From the NCBI GenBank assembly GCA_965214935.1, contig CBDCCS010000018.1, positions 256,001 to 320,000 of the forward strand: a stretch of DNA of 64,000 nt, read 5' to 3'. This document shows positions 41,875 through 51,527 of this stretch, piece after piece. The number at the start of each line of letters is the position of its first letter. Position 1 is the first letter of the stretch. Source of the stretch: Candidatus Velthaea sp. (GTDB lineage Bacteria > Vulcanimicrobiota > Vulcanimicrobiia > Vulcanimicrobiales > Vulcanimicrobiaceae). The notes beneath the pieces are model-generated. The model ran no database searches and was not told the origin of the DNA. It was given only the letters and a program-made list of their open reading frames with translations. The translations under genes were made by a program, and so were the position numbers.

Positions 41875-42689
41875 GCAAAAATCAGCGTCGACATCGCGCC
41901 GGTACGGATGAACCCGGCCCGTTCATACAGCCGAATCGCGTCCTCATTGAAGTCGTTGACGTACAGTGATAACGTCGGGTTTTCCGTCAATAAGCGGCTT
42001 GCAATCTGCCCGAGTGCTGCGAGCGCATAACCGTGCCGGCGGACGGGCGGCGGCGTCCAGACGCCTTGCAACTGCGCGGTCAGGCCGGTGCGCGCCCCGA
42101 CGTTAAGTTGAAAGCGGAGTTCGCCGGCTTCGATCCAGACCCACCAGTGTCCAAGCGCGATCGCGCGGCGAATCGCGGCGGCGAAGCCGGAGCGATTGAA
42201 ACGCGGATCGTAGCCGAGTTCGGCAAGCATCATCAATGCGGAATTTTCGAGGACCAAGTCGAGATCTCCGGACGTTGCTTGCCGCACGCCGGCGGCCGGC
42301 GCAGGCCTGCGCGTTGAAGCCGAAAGGACGTAGACCGGTTGACAGGTGCGGGCGAGGACGGGCGGCCGGTGCCACTCGCAGACGCGATGCCATAGCCGGT
42401 CGACGCACGATTTTGCTCCGACGAAGCTGCGCAATCCCGGATGGCGGCGTGCCTCGAAAGCGAAAGCGTCGACCGCTTCGTCGGAGTCGGCGGCTATGAC
42501 GAGTTGCGTTCCGAAATAGACGACACCCCGGACGGCACCGCCGGCATCGCGAAACATGTAGGCGTCGTCGAGTGCCGTTAGGCCGTGGCCGCCCTCGAGT
42601 ACCCATTGCAGATACGTGTTCTCATACGGCCGCCGCGCAACGTACGCTATCGCGTCGGCACACGTCGTGCGCGTGAGCGGTTCGAGCAG
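41871..42689 (-). CDS. GNAT N-acetyltransferase (DUF4081-associated type)
   Basis: QLQGVWTPP..RRHGYA, SLYVNDFNEDAIRLYERAGF. The frame stays open 44 codons upstream of the track ATG (42557), to a CTG preceded by GGAG. Confidence 0.85.
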   Translation of the reverse strand: MLEPLTRTTCADAIAYVARRPYENTYLQWVLEGGHGLTALDDAYMFRDAGGAVRGVVYFGTQLVIAADSDEAVDAFAFEARRHPGLRSFVGAKSCVDRLWHRVCEWHRPPVLARTCQPVYVLSASTRRPAPAAGVRQATSGDLDLVLENSALMMLAELGYDPRFNRSGFAAAIRRAIALGHWWVWIEAGELRFQLNVGARTGLTAQLQGVWTPPPVRRHGYALAALGQIASRLLTENPTLSLYVNDFNEDAIRLYERAGFIRTGAMSTLIFA

Positions 42690-42705
42690 ATGTGTCTCCG
42701 CGCGG

Positions 42706-43494
42706 CTAGCTTAGCGGCCGTACGAAGGTTGGTTTTGACGTCGGAGCTTTGCTGCCGCCTTCGGGTTCGACGCTGAGTGCGACGACGGACAGCGTATCGG
42801 CGTTTTCGGGCAGCGCGACAACTGCAGAACCGGAGGCGTTGGGCGTGAAGAGCGAACTAGGCGCAAGCGTTTTGCTGCCTTTCGCAATCGTCCATGCTTC
42901 ATACACTTTACCGCGCGGCAGTATTGCTAACGTTTGCAGCGTCAAGTAAACGTGCGTTCCGCGAACTACCACTTGACCTTGCGGAACGGGATAACGATGC
43001 GCATCGCCGGCGATGAGATCGGCAACCATCGCCCGGTCGTGCGTCTGCACGCGCTCGTTTTGCGCAATTTGTGCCTGTAGCGACGCCGCTCGCGAGTTTG
43101 CGGTTGCAAGATCGCCGCGCAAAGAAAAATTTTGTATCGTGCTTACGAGTGCAAACACGACGGCTGCCGCAGCGGCTAACCCCGCTCCCGCTGACCAGCC
43201 CGCCACGGCGGTGCGGCGCGGCGCGCCGATCGGCACGACGTTGGGGCGCGCTTGCGCATCGACCGTTGCCATGATGCGTTGCTTCATGCGGACCGAACGT
43301 GCGGAGTCGACGGGTTCTTCGGCCGCCAAGCCGATCAGATCGGCAGCCGGCCGTAGCGCATCGAACTCCGCTCGCGCTTCCGGATCGGCCAAAATGTATG
43401 CCGTTACGAGTCGCTGTTCGCTCGCCGGCAGCACGCCTAAAGCATACGCTGCGACAAGTTCCATCATCGCCTCACGATCGAACGCTTCGCTCAT
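42706..43494 (-). CDS. Anti-sigma factor RskA-like
   Basis: AAYALGVL, single TM, YEAW, ALSVEPEGGSKAPTSKP. Confidence 0.9.
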   Translation of the reverse strand: MSEAFDREAMMELVAAYALGVLPASEQRLVTAYILADPEARAEFDALRPAADLIGLAAEEPVDSARSVRMKQRIMATVDAQARPNVVPIGAPRRTAVAGWSAGAGLAAAAAVVFALVSTIQNFSLRGDLATANSRAASLQAQIAQNERVQTHDRAMVADLIAGDAHRYPVPQGQVVVRGTHVYLTLQTLAILPRGKVYEAWTIAKGSKTLAPSSLFTPNASGSAVVALPENADTLSVVALSVEPEGGSKAPTSKPTFVRPLS

Positions 43495-44024
43495 CGCGAA
43501 ATCGCTCCGCGCAAATCGTCGCGTAAGCGCCGCAGGCCCGACCTGATGCGAGTCTTAACGGTGCCCAGCGGAATGCCGGTCCGGCGCGCAATTTCTTCAT
43601 GGGTAACTCCGTCAAAGAAGCCCATTTCAATCGGCGAACGCTGTTCGTCGGGCAACCCGGCAAGCGCGCTACGCACGCGCTGAGAATCAATTTTAGCGAA
43701 AACAACATCGTCGATTGTGCCGTCCATAGGAATATCCGCGGGAATCTCGCCTTCCGGCCGTGAGGCGCGACTGCGCAGTACGTCAAGCGCCCGGTTGCGG
43801 GTGACACGTGAGAGCCAAGCACCGAAATTGCCGTCGTGAAACGAATCGGGTGAACTCCAAATTTTGAGAAACACGGATTGCGTTAGGTCTTCGGCCATCG
43901 TCGTGTCGCTCAGCATTCGCAAGGCGATACCGAAAACGAGCCGATGGTACGCGTCGTAGAGCTGCTCGAACGCGGCGGAATCGCGCGCCCGCAATCGCTC
44001 CATTAGACGTGTCCCATCTTCCAC
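43491..44024 (-). CDS. ECF sigma-70 factor (SigK-like)
   Basis: AFEQLYD, AEDLTQSVFLKIW, THEEIARRTGIPLGTVKTRIRSGL. Stop overlaps the anti-sigma start. Start uncertain. Confidence 0.92.
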   Translation of the reverse strand: MEDGTRLMERLRARDSAAFEQLYDAYHRLVFGIALRMLSDTTMAEDLTQSVFLKIWSSPDSFHDGNFGAWLSRVTRNRALDVLRSRASRPEGEIPADIPMDGTIDDVVFAKIDSQRVRSALAGLPDEQRSPIEMGFFDGVTHEEIARRTGIPLGTVKTRIRSGLRRLRDDLRGAISR

Positions 44025-44123
44025 AGTCGGCGAGGTTCGTGCCGCTTGCCGCAAGCCCTCGAAAGGGTAACGTAGCCCAAAGCCGCTCGGATGTTCAGCC
44101 ATTTTGGGAACGGTAAATCTGCG

Positions 44124-44453
44124 ATGAAACACCGCCGGCCGCGCGAACGCAGTTTTCTTCACATTGCCGCGTTTGCCGGTGCGGGCGGAATTTTATCGCT
44201 TGGATGTTCGATCGCAATCCCGTTGTACAATGCGATGCATCATCGGCCCGTAACGCCTGAATTTTTCTTCTTTGGTATTTGGGGTTTGCTCGCGTTGGGC
44301 GGTGCGGCTGCCTGCATTCATACCTACTTTATCTCGGGAGATCCGCCCGATACGCCGCCCAAAGGCGGCGTACCGGTGCGGGAGTTCAGCGTCCTCGAAG
44401 GCGGCAGAAAGCACGCCGAACAACGCGACGATTCACAACGGCGTGCCGCCTGA
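44124..44453 (+). CDS. Hypothetical two-TM membrane protein
   Basis: Two hydrophobic helices, Pro-rich linker, SVLEGG tail. Confidence 0.65.
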   Translation: MKHRRPRERSFLHIAAFAGAGGILSLGCSIAIPLYNAMHHRPVTPEFFFFGIWGLLALGGAAACIHTYFISGDPPDTPPKGGVPVREFSVLEGGRKHAEQRDDSQRRAA

Positions 44454-44558
44454 CGGTCGCGTGTCGTCCGGCCGTTGCATGAAGTTGCAAGCGAAGCCCT
44501 AATCCTGAGCGTGCATCATGCACGCCGCTCATCTGCGCCGGCCGTCGCGGTTCCGTGC

Positions 44559-45740
44559 ATGAACGACATCGCGCTCGGCACGAGTGGTTTCATCGAGTTA
44601 CTCGGGGCCGCGGTTATCGTCGCGATCGTTGCCGAACGCGTGCGGTTGCCGGCCGCGGTTGCACTCGTCGGTTTCGGTGCGATCGTTTCAAGCACCGCAC
44701 CGATCGATTTGCCGTTCACATTCGGGCCGGCGCTGTTATTTATTTTTCTTCCGCCGCTCATCTTTGAGGCAGCGTGGAATCTCGATGCGCCGGCATTGCG
44801 CCGGATGGCTTGGTCGATAACGGTACTCGTCGTGCCCGGCGTTCTGCTGACCAGCGGCGTCATCGCCTTCGGCTTAGCTTCCACCGGGCAACTGCCGGTC
44901 GTGGCGGCGTTTATGTTCGGTTCGATCGTTTCAGCTACCGATCCGGTCGGCGTCATCGCTATTTTTCGCCGGCTCAACGTTCCGCTCGATTTGCTCACCC
45001 TCGTCGAAGGCGAGTCGATTGCCAACGACGGCATAGCGATCGCGCTTTACGGCATTGCGCTCGCGCTCGCCGCGCATCCGGCAAGCGTTGACGGCTGGGC
45101 GATAACATGGCAAGCCGTCATCGGCGTTGTCGGCGGAAGCGCGATCGGTGTCGCAACGGCCGGGGCGATCGGATTGGCCATTCGCGGTGCGCGCGAACGA
45201 TCGGTCGAATTGACCGCGACGGTCGTCCTGGCGTTTAGCGCTTACGGTGTTGCAAGTTCGCTCGGAATGTCGGGTGTCTTTGCAACGGCCGCGGCGGGAA
45301 TCACGTTGCGGCTGATGCGCGCATTCGTGCTTACGGCACAAGCGCCCGAAGACGTCGACCGGTTTTGGGAAGTGATCGCCTTCACAGCCAATGCCGTCGT
45401 GTTTCTGGCTACGGGTCTGGTGTTACAGGTCCCGCGGCTGTTTCACGAACCGCTGCTCGTTCTGAGTGCAATCGTCGTTGTGTTTGCGTCGCGCGCAATG
45501 TTGGCATTCGGCGTGTTGCCGCTGCTGGGTTTGAATACCGCGCATCCCGGCTGGCGTGAAACGGCATTTTTCGCCGGCATGCGTGGTGCGCTCTCACTTG
45601 CACTTGCACTCGGCTTGCCCGACGGCTTTCCGCATCGCGCGCAGATCATCGACGCGACGTTTGCCGTCGTCCTTGTGACGCTCGTCCTTCAAGGCGCGAC
45701 GATCGAAACGTTTCTGCGGCGCTTACCGCTCGCACGCTGA
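44559..45740 (+). CDS. CPA1 cation:proton antiporter (NhaP-like)
   Basis: FLPPLIFEAA, SATDPV, EGESIANDG, GMRGALSLALAL. Confidence 0.92.
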   Translation: MNDIALGTSGFIELLGAAVIVAIVAERVRLPAAVALVGFGAIVSSTAPIDLPFTFGPALLFIFLPPLIFEAAWNLDAPALRRMAWSITVLVVPGVLLTSGVIAFGLASTGQLPVVAAFMFGSIVSATDPVGVIAIFRRLNVPLDLLTLVEGESIANDGIAIALYGIALALAAHPASVDGWAITWQAVIGVVGGSAIGVATAGAIGLAIRGARERSVELTATVVLAFSAYGVASSLGMSGVFATAAAGITLRLMRAFVLTAQAPEDVDRFWEVIAFTANAVVFLATGLVLQVPRLFHEPLLVLSAIVVVFASRAMLAFGVLPLLGLNTAHPGWRETAFFAGMRGALSLALALGLPDGFPHRAQIIDATFAVVLVTLVLQGATIETFLRRLPLAR

Positions 45741-45742
45741 AT

Positions 45743-46831
45743 TTACGGCGGCAGTTCGACCGGAGGCCCGCCGCGATGCTCGTACGCCGCGCGCCGGGCC
45801 GGCGGATCGGGCACGATCGGACGGTCGCGATCGTCGCTGTGCGGCCGCGCAAAACCGAACTCGCCGTCCGCAGCGTCAGCGGTCCATTCGTCGATTGGAC
45901 GTTTACGCGGGCGCATCGGTGCAAGCGGATCGCTGCGTTCGATCAGCGGCAGTGCCGGTGCATCGGGCGGCGCGGGGGAGATGCGCGCAACCCGCGCCGG
46001 CGTTGCCGAAACCGCGGAGAGTTTCGCCTCGACTTTGGTTTCTTTGAAAGCGGCGGATGACGGCATGTCGAGAGTTTGACTTTCGGCGTTGAAGCCGACG
46101 ACGATGAACGCGTCGGCCAAGCGCTTGAGTCCGGGCAGCGGGTGTCCGGTGAGCGGAACGAGCGTGAATAGCTCGTGCACCACCTCGCACGTTGCAGCGG
46201 CCGCAACGACGAAGGCGTTGAGCTCGAATGTTGCTTCTTGCAGCCGTTCGGCGAACAGTGTCTGTGGACCGACGACGGTGAACTCGCGGCGTTCGTTAAA
46301 GCCCGCGTCTCCCGCGATGACGTCACCGGAGTTGATGCCGATTCCAACTTGGAACGACCGCCGGCCTTGCGCGCGCCAACGGCGGTCCATCGCGTCGACG
46401 AGTCGCACGATATCGAGTGCGGCCCGTAGCGCATGTTCCTCGGCGTGCGGATCTTCGAGCGGTACACCGAAAACGCCGATGATGCCGTCGCCCAGAAATT
46501 TGTCGATCATGCCGCGATATTTTTGAATCGACGTGCCGGCCAAAGCAAAAAACTCGTTGAGATAACGCAGCGTTTCTTGCGCCGTCAAAGATTCGGCGAA
46601 GCCGGCAAAGTTCCAGATACGGCACACTAAAATAGTTGCTTGCAACGAACGTCCGGTGTATAGAGCGGGATCTTTACGGCGCAGCAGTTCGTCCACCACC
46701 GGCGGCGAGAGATAGCGCGAAAACAAGGCCCGAACGCGCCGGACCTCACGTTGCTCGGCCCGGTAGCGTAAGCCGACGATCGCGAGTCCGGCCAGTGCGC
46801 CGACGAGCGCAACTCCGGCAATGACAGCCAT
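45743..46831 (-). CDS. Membrane-anchored class III adenylate/guanylate cyclase-like protein (degenerate)
   Basis: FSRYLSP, DKFLGDG and GIGINSG are present, but VCRIWNF and GPQTLFAERL replace the catalytic motifs. Confidence 0.82.
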   Translation of the reverse strand: MAVIAGVALVGALAGLAIVGLRYRAEQREVRRVRALFSRYLSPPVVDELLRRKDPALYTGRSLQATILVCRIWNFAGFAESLTAQETLRYLNEFFALAGTSIQKYRGMIDKFLGDGIIGVFGVPLEDPHAEEHALRAALDIVRLVDAMDRRWRAQGRRSFQVGIGINSGDVIAGDAGFNERREFTVVGPQTLFAERLQEATFELNAFVVAAAATCEVVHELFTLVPLTGHPLPGLKRLADAFIVVGFNAESQTLDMPSSAAFKETKVEAKLSAVSATPARVARISPAPPDAPALPLIERSDPLAPMRPRKRPIDEWTADAADGEFGFARPHSDDRDRPIVPDPPARRAAYEHRGGPPVELPP

Positions 46832-46868
46832 AGGCGGTTTGCCTGCGCCGTCGTATCCTCCGCCACCT

Positions 46869-47282
46869 ATGGACGATTTGGCGTTTGTCCGCGAGCGGAT
46901 CGAATCTTACGCGGACTATACGAATGACGATTCCAGACGTCTGGTCGACGAACAAATCCGTGCGTACGTCGGCGAAGCGGTGTCGCGCCTGCAAGAGCGT
47001 TTAGGGCCCGACGGCGCGGCGGGCGATGCGCTCTCCGCTATCCTGCTGCGATGTCAGTTTGCCGATCAACATGTCGTGCGCGCGCTCGAAGCCGCGACCG
47101 TCGACGGAACCGACTTCTCCGCAGTGCACAAGCTCGACCGCGATTTAACCGCGGCTGCAGAACGCGCCGATTCGATCGCGCCGCCGTCGCTCGACGACTA
47201 TTTAACCGAAATCTCAACGTTACTCGATGCACGCACGCGCGTGCTGCTTGCGCGAGCGGAATCTGCCGTCGAATCGGGCTAA
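46869..47282 (+). CDS. Hypothetical all-helical protein
   Basis: 137 aa acidic helical ORF, RRLVDEQIRAYVGE. Confidence 0.65.
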   Translation: MDDLAFVRERIESYADYTNDDSRRLVDEQIRAYVGEAVSRLQERLGPDGAAGDALSAILLRCQFADQHVVRALEAATVDGTDFSAVHKLDRDLTAAAERADSIAPPSLDDYLTEISTLLDARTRVLLARAESAVESG

Positions 47283-48289
47283 GCGTTTTGCGGCATGCGC
47301 GTATCGCCGTCGTCGAAGCGATGCGTGCTTGACGGGAGCGGGGACAGCCCGACGGTATCGCCGACGGCTGCCGTGCTTTCGCCGACGATGCGCACGCTCA
47401 ATTCACCGGCAGATTGCGTACGCACGTAAAGAAACGTGTCTGAGCCTAAACGTTCGGCATGCGTGATGACGCCGGTCCAGCGTGGATTTTCGGCGTCGAT
47501 CCGAAGGTGCTCGGGCCGAATGCCCAGCGCTGCGGCGCCGAATCGGCGCGCTTCGTCGCCGCGCACAACGTTCATCTTCGGTGAGCCGATGAAGCTCGCG
47601 ACAAAAAGATTCGCCGGAAAATGGTACAGCTCGGTCGGGCGGCCGATCTGCTGAACCGCACCCGCCGATAGCACGACGATCTTGTCCGCCAGCGTCATCG
47701 CTTCAATTTGATCGTGCGTTACGTAAATCATTGTCGCGCCGAGCGTGCGATGAAGGTTCGCGATCTCAATGCGCGTGTTGATCCGTAACGCCGCGTCGAG
47801 ATTCGATAACGGTTCGTCGAAAAGAAAGAGTTTGGGCTGCCGCACGATGGCGCGCCCGATCGCCACCCGTTGACGCTGACCGCCGGACAGTTGCATCGGC
47901 TTGCGTTTGAGCAGCGGCGTCAAGGCGAGCATCTCGGCGGCGGCGGCGAGCCGCCGCTCGATATCGGCGGCCGAGAGTGCTTCGCGCTTGAGCGCTAAGG
48001 TCATATTGTCGGCGACGTTGAGATGCGGATACAACGCATAGCTTTGGAAGACCATCCCGATGCCGCGCTTCGCCGGCGGCAAGTTGTCTGCCACGACGCC
48101 GGCGATTCGCAGATGGCCCGACGTCTGTCGCTCGAGTCCGGCGATGATGCGCAGCAACGTCGACTTGCCGCAACCGGACGGCCCGACGAACACGATGAAT
48201 TCGCCGGCCGCGACCGCGAAATCGATCCCCGTCAAGACATCGGTTTGCCCGTATTTCTTGGTTATCGCAATGAGCTCGAGTGCGCTCAT
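47279..48289 (-). CDS. Carbohydrate ABC transporter ATP-binding protein
   Basis: GPSGCGKST, LSGGQRQR, FDEPLSNLDA, YVTHDQ, TOBE-like tail. Confidence 0.95.
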   Translation of the reverse strand: MSALELIAITKKYGQTDVLTGIDFAVAAGEFIVFVGPSGCGKSTLLRIIAGLERQTSGHLRIAGVVADNLPPAKRGIGMVFQSYALYPHLNVADNMTLALKREALSAADIERRLAAAAEMLALTPLLKRKPMQLSGGQRQRVAIGRAIVRQPKLFLFDEPLSNLDAALRINTRIEIANLHRTLGATMIYVTHDQIEAMTLADKIVVLSAGAVQQIGRPTELYHFPANLFVASFIGSPKMNVVRGDEARRFGAAALGIRPEHLRIDAENPRWTGVITHAERLGSDTFLYVRTQSAGELSVRIVGESTAAVGDTVGLSPLPSSTHRFDDGDTRMPQNA

Positions 48290-48347
48290 CGCGGCCGGCG
48301 ATTGCCGCAAGCAGCGTCGATGCGCGCGCAGCGCAAGGATCCGGCGG

Positions 48348-49187
48348 TCACTTCACGGCGCCCGAGGTGATGCCGCGGATGAGATTTTTTGAGAAGGTCA
48401 GATACAACACGATGACGGGTAAAATGCCGAGCGAGAGTGCGGCTAAAACCGCGTTCCAGTTTGTGACGTATTGGCCGATGAATTGCTGGGCGCCGAGCGT
48501 TACGGTCTTTGTGCTCTCGCCCGGCGCCAGAATAAGCGGGAACCATAAGTCGTTCCATATCGGTATCATGGTGAAGACGGCAACGGTCGACAGCGCCGGG
48601 CGAACCAGCGGCAACACCAGGCGGTAGAAGATTTCATATTCCGATAAGCCGTCGATACGGCCGGCGTTTTTGAGGTCGTCGGAAATCGTGCGCATGAATT
48701 CAGTCAACACGAACACGGCGATCGGCAACCCCTGCGCAATGTAAACCAAGATCAAGGCGACGAGCGTGTTGACGAGATGCGTTCCGACCATGAGTTCGAG
48801 TATGCCGACCGTACCGAGCCGGATCGGAATCATGATGCCGAGCATCAAGTACAAGCCCATGAGCGTATTGAGCCGGAAGCGATATTCGGCCAGCGCAAAG
48901 GCGGCCATCGCGCCGAACGCGATGATTCCCGCCAGCGCAACGAGCGTGACGACGATGCTATTGCCGAAGTACGTGATGAAGTTGCCTTGACTCAAAACCG
49001 TTACGTACCCGACCGGATCGAACGAACCCGGGCCCGGCAGCGCGAGCGGCGAGGCGAAGATCGCGCGCCGCGATTTGAGCGAATTCATGATGATGAAGAG
49101 TACGGGTAGCACGGCGACGGCAGTGTACGCGATCAACACGGCGTGTGCTGCCGCGGCACGTCTTAGCGAGCCGCGAGCGGTTGCCAT
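48348..49187 (-). CDS. Carbohydrate ABC transporter permease
   Basis: Six TM helices, EAA-like loop NAGRIDG, WNDLWFPL. Confidence 0.93.
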   Translation of the reverse strand: MATARGSLRRAAAAHAVLIAYTAVAVLPVLFIIMNSLKSRRAIFASPLALPGPGSFDPVGYVTVLSQGNFITYFGNSIVVTLVALAGIIAFGAMAAFALAEYRFRLNTLMGLYLMLGIMIPIRLGTVGILELMVGTHLVNTLVALILVYIAQGLPIAVFVLTEFMRTISDDLKNAGRIDGLSEYEIFYRLVLPLVRPALSTVAVFTMIPIWNDLWFPLILAPGESTKTVTLGAQQFIGQYVTNWNAVLAALSLGILPVIVLYLTFSKNLIRGITSGAVK

Positions 49188-49205
49188 GGCCGATATCCCG
49201 TGCCC

Positions 49206-50135
49206 TTAGAATTGATAGCGATTGATGCGGCGCTGCACGAGGAACAGATAGAGGCAAACGCCGGCCAGAATAATGAGGAACATGATCGCAGCAACGGCGG
49301 CGCCCATGTTCGGATCGCCGAGCTGTAATTGATAGCCAAAAAACGTGCGATACAGAAACGTGCCTAAGATGTCCGTCGAGTAATTCGGACCGGCCAACGC
49401 TCCCTGAGTGGTATAGACGAGATCGAAAGCGTTGAAGTTACCGACGAACGTAAGGATCGAAATCATTCCGACGGTCGGCCAGATGAGCGGTAATTTGACC
49501 TTCCAGAACTGCTCGATACCGACGATTCCGTCGACGTCGGCTGCATCCGTCAGTTCATCCGGAATGGCAATCAACGCAGCGTAACACAGCATCATCGGTA
49601 CTCCGACGTATTGCCAGACCGAGATGAAACCGAGCGTCACGAGGGCTGAACCCTCGCGCCCGAGATACGGCGCAAACAAGAACTTGAGACCAACGGCGCC
49701 GAGCAATGCCGGCGCGACACCCCATAACGGCGAGAGAATCAGCTTCCAACCGAAACCGACGATCACGAATGACAGCAACGTCGGTAGAAAGATTGCGGTG
49801 CGATAGACGGCCGCGCCGCGCAAACGCGGTATCGCCAAAAGCGCCGCGAGCATGATTCCGATCGGATTTTGCAACATTTGGATTGCAAAGAAGATGATGT
49901 TATCGAGTAAGGCGTTCCAAAATTGATGCGACCAGCGGTCGTCGAAGAATAGCGCCGAGAAATTTCTGAGCCCGACGAAGACATCGGCATTTTTAAGTGG
50001 AGAGAAAAGTGCTAAGCGCAGTGTTTCGACGAGCGGAAGAATCATTACCGCGGTGTAGATCAGCACGGCCGGAGCGAGGAAAACCGCGATGTGCAGGCGC
50101 TTGGGCGCTTTTGAAGCGCTCTCGTCCGGCCTCAC
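49206..50135 (-). CDS. Carbohydrate ABC transporter permease
   Basis: IPDELTDAADVDG, FNAFDLVY, TM helices. Confidence 0.93.
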   Translation of the reverse strand: MRPDESASKAPKRLHIAVFLAPAVLIYTAVMILPLVETLRLALFSPLKNADVFVGLRNFSALFFDDRWSHQFWNALLDNIIFFAIQMLQNPIGIMLAALLAIPRLRGAAVYRTAIFLPTLLSFVIVGFGWKLILSPLWGVAPALLGAVGLKFLFAPYLGREGSALVTLGFISVWQYVGVPMMLCYAALIAIPDELTDAADVDGIVGIEQFWKVKLPLIWPTVGMISILTFVGNFNAFDLVYTTQGALAGPNYSTDILGTFLYRTFFGYQLQLGDPNMGAAVAAIMFLIILAGVCLYLFLVQRRINRYQF

Positions 50136-51394
50136 TTCGCGGGTTTGTACCAGCGATCGAGGCCCTGCTGAAGTTTGCCCGCCGCGAGCGCCGGCGTGTC
50201 GGTCCCGTTGATCACGTTGGAGCCTTCGACCCAGAACGCGTTCTCGAGATTCGGTGTTCCGCGTGACAAAATTTGATACGTCGGGCGAATCGTCGACTTG
50301 CAGGCCGAGCGAAAACTCGCGAACTGTCGCGCGAGCGGGTCTTGCAACGCAATCGGCGACTTCTGCAAGCTAAAAAAGCCCGGTAACGCGTTTGAGTAAA
50401 GCTCGGCAAATTGCGGCGAGGCGACCCACTCGAGGAACGTTTTGGCCTCTGCGACATGTGCCGATTTCGCGTTGAGTCCGAGCGCAATGTCGGGATGATC
50501 GGAGATAAAGCACGGATCGCCGGCTTTTTGCACGGGCGGCGGAAACGCTGCGAGCGCGAAGGCCGCTTGTTTACGAAAGCCGCTGATCTCCCACGAACCG
50601 GCCGGGTAAATAGCCGCGCGACCAAGGGTGAAAAGATTTTGACTGTCGGCGTACGATTGTGCCTCGAAGCCCTCACCCAAGTACGGCCGCCACTTCGCCA
50701 GCACGGCAAATGGTTCGACCCACTGCGGATCGGTAAGCTTCTGTTTGCCGGCAATGAGCGCCAGCCGGCCGGTTTCGCCTTTGTAATACGTCGGCCCGAT
50801 GTTCTGGTAGCCCATCGACGCCGTTTCCCAGCCTTCTTTGGTTCCCATCGCCAGCGGTACGTACGTTCCGTCGGCTTTGATCTTATCGAGCGCGGCGAAG
50901 AATTGCGGGACGGTTGCGGGTGCTTGTAAGCCGAGCTTCGCAAAGGCATCTTTATTATAGATAAAGCCGTGGATGACCGACGCCATCGGTACGCAAAACG
51001 TCGTCTTGCCGTCATCTGTCGTCCAAGCCGTGCGCGCCACGGATGAGAAATTGCTCATGCCGCGGAGCGCATTGACGCCGGTGAGCCGGCCTTTCTGATA
51101 CAGCGCAAGCGATGCATCGAATGGCCGGCACGTGATGAGATCGCCGGCCGTTCCGGCAGCGAGTTTCGCGTTGAGGGCGGCATTGTATTCCGTCGGTGCG
51201 GTCGGCGCAAATTTCACGTCGATGCCCGGATGCGTTTTCTCAAATGCCGGGATAATTTTATCTTGCCAAATCGCGATGTCGTCGTTACGCCAACTCTCAA
51301 TGGTTAGCGTAACCGGCGCCGCCGAAGCCCATCCCGTGCTTGCGACCACCGTTACCGATACGATCAGGCCGAAAGCTGCCCTCGTTGTGCTCAC
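50132..51394 (-). CDS. Sugar ABC transporter substrate-binding protein (probably N-acetylglucosamine-type)
   Basis: Signal peptide (GWASA), LTIESWRNDD, AGDLITCRPFD, HGFIYNKD. From memory it resembles the rhizobial GlcNAc-binding protein. Start trimmed to GTG 51394. Confidence 0.88.
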   Translation of the reverse strand: MSTTRAAFGLIVSVTVVASTGWASAAPVTLTIESWRNDDIAIWQDKIIPAFEKTHPGIDVKFAPTAPTEYNAALNAKLAAGTAGDLITCRPFDASLALYQKGRLTGVNALRGMSNFSSVARTAWTTDDGKTTFCVPMASVIHGFIYNKDAFAKLGLQAPATVPQFFAALDKIKADGTYVPLAMGTKEGWETASMGYQNIGPTYYKGETGRLALIAGKQKLTDPQWVEPFAVLAKWRPYLGEGFEAQSYADSQNLFTLGRAAIYPAGSWEISGFRKQAAFALAAFPPPVQKAGDPCFISDHPDIALGLNAKSAHVAEAKTFLEWVASPQFAELYSNALPGFFSLQKSPIALQDPLARQFASFRSACKSTIRPTYQILSRGTPNLENAFWVEGSNVINGTDTPALAAGKLQQGLDRWYKPAK

Positions 51395-51527
51395 CGGGCG
51401 ACGTTTGCGGTTCCCCGGTGCTTGGCCCTTCAGACGCGTGCGGCATCGAAAACGCTCGCCGTTGAAGCGAATCGTCACGGCGCGGAGCACGGGAACCGTC
51501 GTCGCGTCGTTGAAGCGCGGCAGCGGA

